The notes beneath the pieces were generated by a model. The model ran no database searches. It worked only from the letters and a program-made list of their open reading frames with translations, and had not been told where the DNA came from. The translations under genes and the position numbers were made by a program. Below are positions 57,515 through 64,000 of a stretch of DNA of 64,000 nt, piece by piece. Positions within the stretch are counted from its first letter, which is position 1, and each line of letters opens with the position of its first letter. Origin of the DNA: Macrostomum lignano (taxonomy: Eukaryota); NCBI GenBank assembly GCA_002269645.1, contig NIVC01001411.1:62937-126936 (forward strand). The letters are read 5' to 3'.

Positions 57515-58000
57515 TATTAAGTTGCCAGAGGGCGGCGCTGTTCCAGGCGGTGATCGAGACCGTCCTGTTATACAACGCCGAGACCTGGACGCTGACAGAC
57601 TCGCTCGAGGCTCAAGTCGACGCGGCGCACGCTGGCCTGCTGCGCGCCGCCTTCAAGATCGGCAACGAGCGAGTCACCAACACGGCGCTCTATCATCGCG
57701 CCGGCCTGGCCCGTCCTAGCGATCTGCTGCGCCGTCGGCGACTCCAGCTGGCAGGCCACGTCATCCGCGCCGAGGCCTTCTGTCCGGAGCCGGTGCAGGA
57801 GGTGCTGCTACTTACGTTGCAGGCACCCTACCGGCGGGGACAGGCGAAGACTCGGCGCTACGTCGACTGTCTGCTGGCTGACGCCGGCGCCCCGGACTCT
57901 GCCGGCGGTGCGGCTTTTGTTCGCGCCCAAGCTTTGAAGCGCGCCATCTGACGCCGCTTTTGTGAACTGGCAGCGTACTCTGTTGTTGTTGTTGTTGTTG
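57515..58000 (+). mobile_element. 5'-truncated RTE/RTEX-like non-LTR retrotransposon 3' end with a (GTT)n tail and TSD
   Basis: LFQAVIETVLLYNAETWTLT...RRRRLQLAGHVIR, stop at 57949-57951, (GTT)6-7 tail, TSD ACAACAAAGA at 57505-57514 and 58001-58010. Confidence 0.88.
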
Positions 58001-58780
58001 ACAACAAAGAGATCATATTGAATTGAGTATTTCAGAGCGCTAGTCCTCGGCTTAACTAAAAGTAAGCGCCGTAACTTTCCAAGAAAGCAAGCATGGCACC
58101 AAGAACTATTAAGATCCTACAAGTTTCCTCTCCAGAACACTGTAACAAGAACTTCATGACCAGGCCGTTATGTACACGCAAGCTGGCATTCCACACTGCA
58201 GCCGCAGAGGCTCCGATCTCCCTGCCAGATTCTCCAGCAGGCCAAAGCAGAAAAGTTCCCCAGGCCAAGCAAATCGTCAATTGGCGGGGCCGCAGCAGCG
58301 GTGGCGCGGACGGGGCCGATCGAAATGTCGTTCGTTCGCCGCCATCCATTCGAAATCCCATCCGGCCTTTCGTCTCCCTTCCTCCCTGCTTGCCCGGCAG
58401 TCGGCAATTGTTCCTCTTTGCGCACAGCAGCGCGAAAACAGCCTTCAGTCTGGAACTGCACTTTTCCCTCTTGATGGGGCGGGGGGACTCTTTTTGCTTT
58501 AGATGACTGTGGAGCGCCATGCGTGGCGAATTCCTCCCTAGTTCAGCAGCGCAATGGAGTGAGCACGCAGTTTAAGTTTCAAATGTTTCAATGGTTTGTT
58601 GAAAATCACTTTAGAGCTCCATTTTCTCATATTGATTGTCAAAACCAATACTCTAACTATCTTGTTTCATTTTAATACCCCATATCTCATTATTCACCAG
58701 CAAAACGGGTACTTTATCACGAAGTCAAATAGAGAACTTCAAACAAGACGCCACCATCTTCATCGTATATTTCATCCGGA

Positions 58781-60529
58781 ATTTTTTTACATCTCGGCAG
58801 TGCACAACTCCCGGCGAAATGCTAAGCGATTGGGCCGGATCAGAAGGCAGTTCCGGTGTGATTGAATCTGATCATAAGGCAGTTCCGGTGTGACTGAACC
58901 GGATCATAAGGCAGTTCCGGTGTGACTGAACCGGATCATAAGGCAGTTCCGGTGTGACTGAACCGGATCATAAGGCAGTTCCGGTGTGACTGAATCGGAT
59001 CATAAGGCATTTCCGGTGTGACTGAATCGGATCATAAGGCATTTCCGGTGTGACTGAATCGGATCATAAGGCATTTCCAGTGTGACTGAATCGGATCATA
59101 AGGCATTTCCGGAGATGTTGAATCTGATCATAAAGGTAGTTCCGGTGTGCTTGAATTGGATCATAAGACAGTTCCGGTGTGATTGAACCGGATCATAAGG
59201 CATTTCCGGTGTGACTGAATCGGATCATAAGGCATTTCCGGTGTGATTGAATCGGATCATAAGGCAGTTCCGGTGTGATTGAACCGGATCAGAATGCAGT
59301 TCTGGTGTGATTAAATCGGATCATAAGGCAGTTCCGGAGATGTTGAATCTGATCATAAAGGAAGTTCCGGTGTGCTTGAATTGGATCATAAGACAGTTCC
59401 GGTGTGATTGAACCGGATCATAAGGCATTTCCGGTGTGACTGAATCGGATCATACGGCATTTCCGGTGTGATTGAATCGGATCATAAGGCAGTTCCGGTG
59501 TGACTGAATCGGATCATAAGGCATTTCTGGTGTGATTAAATCGGATCATAAGGCAGTTCCGGAGATGTTGAATCTGATCATAAAGGAAGTTCCGGTGTGC
59601 TTGAATTGGATCATAAGGCAGTTCCGGTGTGATTGAACCGGATCAGAAGGCATTTCCGGTGTGATTAAATCGGATCATAAGGCAGTTCCGGAGATGTTGA
59701 ATCTGATCATAAGGCAGTTCTGGTGTGATTGAATCGGACCATAAGGCGTTTCCGGTGACTGGACCTGGACCAGAAGGCAGGTCTCATGATGAGTCATCAT
59801 GGGTAAGACATGGGTAAGACATACAAAAGGGTTTAAAATAATTGATTAATTAAGCAGACAGCAAAGCTGGCGGCATCCGATAATGATCAAGGGATGCGAT
59901 AAAACCGATTATATTATAGCCAAACTATAATTTTTTTACATCTCGGCAGTGCACAACTCCCGGCGAAATGCTAAGCGATTGGGCCGGATCAGAAGGCAGT
60001 TCCGGTGTGATTGAATCTGATCATAAGGCATTTCCGGTGTGACTGAACCGGATCATAAGGCAGTTCCGGTGTGACTGAACCGGATCATAAGGCAGTTCCG
60101 GTGTGACTGAACCGGATCATAAGGCAGTTCCGGTGTGACTGAATCGGATCATAAGGCATTTCCGGTGTGACTGAATCGGATCATAAGGCATTTCCGGTGT
60201 GATTGAATCGGATCATAAGGCAGTTCCGGTGTGACTGAATCGGATCATAAGGCATTTCTGGTGTGATTAAATCGGATCATAAGGCAGTTCCGGAGATGTT
60301 GAATCTGATCATAAGGCAGTTCTGGTGTGATTGAATCGGACCATAAGGCGTTTCCGGTGACTGGACCTGGACCAGAAGGCAGGTCTCATGATGAGTCATC
60401 ATGGGTAAGACATGGGTAAGACATACAAAAGGGTTTAAAATAATTGATTAATTAAGCAGACAGCAAAGCTGACGGCATCCGATAATGATCAAGGGATGCG
60501 ATAAAACCGATTATATTATAGCCAAACTA
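58781..60529. repeat. Head-to-tail duplicated composite unit (58781-59929 and 59930-60529): unique head + 32-bp tandem array (AGGCAGTTCCGGTGTGACTGAACCGGATCATA) + unique tail
   Basis: Head ATTTTTTTACATCTCGGCAGTGCACAACTCCCGGCG at 58781 and 59930. An ~170-bp tail ending GCCAAACTA is at 59760-59927 and 60362-60529. Array is ~28 copies in unit 1 and ~11 in unit 2. Confidence 0.92.
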
Positions 60530-61754
60530 GCAATGCAACGGGCACGGTAAATGCACGCACAGAATGGGCCAGATGGACTATCATATACTACTCATATTAA
60601 CATAGTTCTTATGCACTGCTATCAGCCCGTCAGTCCTGCTCCGCATCCTCCTTCTGGCCGATGGCCCGGTCGGCGAAGCGCAGCCGCAGCACGAAGTTGC
60701 CGCCGCGCTCCTGCTGGCCGAGGCCGACCAGCTCGCGGTTGTTGGCCAGCACCAGCGCCTCTGTGGACAGCATCGCGTTCGGCCACTGCGCCATGCCGCC
60801 GAGGACTTGTCGGTCGCTCTGGCGTTGCTGAACCGCAGCGTTGAAGTTGGCAGCGGGCATTTGGCCTCGTCGAACACTCGGCGAAGCTGGTGCTCCTGGT
60901 AATAAAAGTGCGCGAAAAATACTGTTAGTAGGCTGAATTGCGTTTTCTTTCGATAAATGAAAAAATACAAAAAAACGGATTCGAAGTAATTACTATCAGA
61001 TTGGAGACAACATGTATGATGAATGGATGCGGCATTTTTTAATAGCCATAGTTAGTTTGCGTCATGCATTTTGAGTCATAAGCAGTCTGGGTGAGTCATA
61101 AAGTCACCTGAATCTGAAAACTCACCTGAATCCCGGGCGGGCAGTTCCAATAGTAGAGGGTGCGGAACGGTGGCGCCGGCTTGTTGCTGGCCGCCTGCCT
61201 CGGAGTGGTGAACCGATTGTTGGCGCAGTCCGAGTAGTCAACGAACCCGGGACTCTTGTCTGGCAGGGCCCGGTCCAGCGCCACTCCGTGCGGCGCCGAG
61301 TCCTTGGTCAGCCTGGCCAGCGGCGTCGGTGACACCCGAAGGCAGCTACCGAACATCCTGGCGCCGTCCAGGCAGCTGCCGACCCGGCAGGCTGAGGCAA
61401 CGTCGCCAACTTCAACGTAGGCGCCAATCAGCGGACCGGGGGAGGCGGCGGCTGTCCGGGTGGCAGCTGCTGGCCCGGCGGCCGGCTCAGCAGGCAGATG
61501 CCGATCACGTTGCCGTACAGGCAGATGAGGTTGAACAGCCGGTCGCAGGTGAACACGCCGGAGTCCAGGCCGGAGAGCAGCAGCACGGGAGTGACGCGGT
61601 GGGGCGGCCCGGGCTCCTGCTGAATGCTCGGGTCGCGGGTGAAGTCGAAGGCGTCCGGGGTGTTGCGGACTATCGTGAGCTCGGGGGGCAGCGCGAAGTC
61701 CACCTGGTGTTGCGGGGGTCGGGATGGTTTTACTTCAGCAGTAATTAATCTGGA

Positions 61755-62110
61755 CGGGTGAGAATGGATATCTTAGGTGAGAAAAGACATCCTAGATAGG
61801 TGAGAATTGACATCCTAGACAGGGGAGAATAGACATTCTATACAGGTGAGAATAGACATCCTAGACAGGTGAGAATAGACATCATAAACGCGGGTGAGAA
61901 TATATAACATAGACAGGTGAGAATCGAAATTCTATACAGGTGAGAAGACACCCTAAACAGGTGAGAATAGACATCCCAGACAGGTGAGAATGGATAGCAT
62001 AGACAGGTGAGACTGGACATCCTAGAGTTTAGAATAGACATCCCAGACAGGTGAGAATAGACATCCTAGACAGTTTAGAATGGGCATTTAAGACAGGTGA
62101 GAATAGACAT
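61755..62110. repeat. 23-bp minisatellite GACAGGTGAGAATAGACATCCTA (hnRNP L intron 2)
   Basis: About 15 diverged copies. Confidence 0.88.
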
Positions 62111-62539
62111 TAAAAATAAGTGGGAAGGAATCCCAAATGCCAAGACCCAGGGGCTGAAATAACTGCCTCACCTTAACAGTACAGCAGCCGTCAAAGAAGT
62201 CCAGCCCATTTAGCCTGGCCTTGGCGGTCACCGCCTGTTCAATGTGAGCGAATTCAACCATAGCATGCAGCTGGCAACTCGGGCCCTTGCGAAACATCAC
62301 AGCCCGGCACACCTGGCCAAACCGTGAGCAGGCGGCGTGCAGCATCTCCATGCTGACTGGCAGGCTGGGCTCGGCCCTGTAGAACACCAGCAGCAGCACC
62401 CGGTTGGGAGCCGGGAAGCCGTCGCCGCGGTGCATGATGCGGATAATGGACGACTCGACTACGTGGATGCCGCCAAGAGCGCCCGACCTGCGGGCGGGAC
62501 GAGAGGGAAATATTGATGAGGGAAGGGGAAGAAATCACT

Positions 62540-62818
62540 TCCATGGGAAGACTGGGAGAGGAAGACGGGAAGAGGAAGACGGGGAAAGGGAGACTGGAAG
62601 AGGGAGATGGGAAGAGGGAGAGGGAAACGGGGAGAGGGAGACGGGGAGAGGGAGACGGGGAGAGGGAGACTGGAAGAGGGAGATGGGAGACGGGGAGAGG
62701 GAGACTGGAAGAGGGAGATGGGAGACGGGGAGAGGGAGACTGGAAGAGGGAGATGGGAGACGGGGAGAGGGAGACTGGAAGAGGGAGATGGGAAGAGGGA
62801 GACTGGAAGAGGGAGAAA
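62540..62818. repeat. Purine-rich repeat GGAGAGGGAGACTGGAAGAGGGAGATG (hnRNP L intron 1)
   Basis: Tandem imperfect copies. Confidence 0.88.
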
Positions 62819-64000
62819 AGGACGAGATGGAGCCCAAACACACAAGGTAAGCACCGCAGGCCCTCCAAAGCAGCCGGTGCCAGAGCTCACTTTGCCAGCT
62901 CGAAAGTCCTAGCAACGGATCTCTGCTCCTGGAATTCAACGAGGGCCCGCCGTTTATGCGGCATCGTCCAGATTCGGCTGATTCGGCCGATGCGGCCGAA
63001 CGCCTCGGACAGGTCGGCCTCGGAGACGTTCGCGGGAAGGTCGCGGGCCATCACCACCAAGGAGGACCGCTCTGAGCCCGGCCGCTGGTGCTGGGGCGCC
63101 GAACTCCTCAGAGCGGCCCGCCGGGTCCGGCCGGTAGTGGTCACCGTACGGCACTCGGGCAGCGGGCCGGCCTCCGCGGCCGCCGCGACCTCTTGGGCCG
63201 CCTCTGGGCGGGCCGCGCGAGACGCCGCCGCCTCTGAAAGGAGCGCCGCGACTTGCCTTGGTTGAAGGCGAGTGCGCGGGGTGGGCCAGTTAGACAATGG
63301 CAACTCTGTCATGGCTAAGGTGGCTGCAAACCCTCCCTGATGCTTCAGATAGCTGGTGACTTCTCAGAAGTTACTATAAGACTTCTTAACAAGCTTCAAA
63401 AAATAAAAGAAGCACGAACAAAAGAACCATTAAAGTTGTTCATTAGAATACTTTATCTTAATCCGCATTGCAATCAGAGGCAAATTTACCTCCAGTCTAC
63501 TAAAAATAGTAGTAGTTGAGTAGGGTCGCATACACACGAATGAGCCATATCAAAGGTTTTGGCAGCGAGAGCATAACGCAGTGAGCAACAACTGTCATTC
63601 TGTTAATTACGGCACCAAATAATTAATTAAAGGCCACGAACATGATTAATTAAAAGCCTCAGTTAATGACAACCGGAAAACAAATACAGATAGCAATAGA
63701 TTATATAATTCTTATACAATAGATTATTGATACTAATATGACCGTCAAACGTTATTCTCGACTAGATCCGTGTTGCATTGATCTTAAAACTATAAAGGAC
63801 CATTAAAAAGCAATGCGATAACAATTAATTCTACTTTAACCTTTTTGTTTCTAATGAACTCTTTCACTTCTTTAGACAATAAAACTGGAAATCAACGGCA
63901 TCTTTGGCAGCAAAAAAAGTACAAAGTCCCTGTAGAATGAGAAGGTTTAAAAAGGGTTCTATGAATTGACATTCAACTGTCCTTCTTGGCCAGCGGCCGC

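Larger units (their letters stand above)
60630..63312 (-). pseudogene. HNRNPL: hnRNP L-like RRM protein (4 RRMs), interrupted by two apparent 1-nt deletions (pseudogene or assembly errors). join(complement 63312-62891, 62487-62172, 61703-61126, 60895-60630)
   Basis: RRM1 VSEADLSEAFGRIGRISRIWTMPHKRRALVEF. RRM2 NRVLLL...VMFRKG...HAMVEF...AKARLNGLDFFDGCCTVK. RRM3 PVLLLSGLD...CDRLFNLICLYGNV. Linker NNRFTTPRQAASNK, then RRM4. Homology changes frame near 61438-61442 and near 60800. Confidence 0.8.

Noticed and set aside
58845-60362. Palindromic 32-bp repeats resembling CRISPR direct repeats
   Set aside because: Units are contiguous with no spacers; it is a satellite.
63993-64000. NotI site GCGGCCGC exactly at the window end (possible vector or cloning junction)
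   Set aside because: No vector sequence is visible and the window has a fixed length; treated as coincidence.

Overview
Eukaryotic (invertebrate) genomic DNA with GC-rich exons and minisatellite-filled introns. The architecture resembles a free-living flatworm such as Macrostomum, but that is inference and was not verified. I reconstructed five spliced genes by hand from splice sites and reading phase. (1) A 9-exon, ~1141-aa protocadherin with 7 cadherin repeats (minus, 31466-10292). (2) A 4-exon tandem cyclic-nucleotide-binding-domain protein (plus, 37478-41370). (3) A 5-exon single-domain ACE/peptidase M2 with a GPI-like C-terminus (minus, 47987-45136). (4) A 2-exon FMRFamide-receptor-like GPCR (minus, 52094-49167). 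(5) A 4-exon hnRNP L-like gene with two apparent 1-nt frameshifts (minus, 63312-60630). Mobile DNA comprises a 5'-truncated RT+RNase H non-LTR element, two RTE-like 3' fragments, a tRNA-derived SINE, and a head-to-tail duplicated unit carrying a central tandem array. More than 30 distinct tandem arrays are present. The most unusual structure is complementary (inverted) minisatellite arrays bracketing protocadherin exons, together with a pattern of a different private array in each protocadherin intron. No CRISPR array, rRNA or bona fide tRNA was found.
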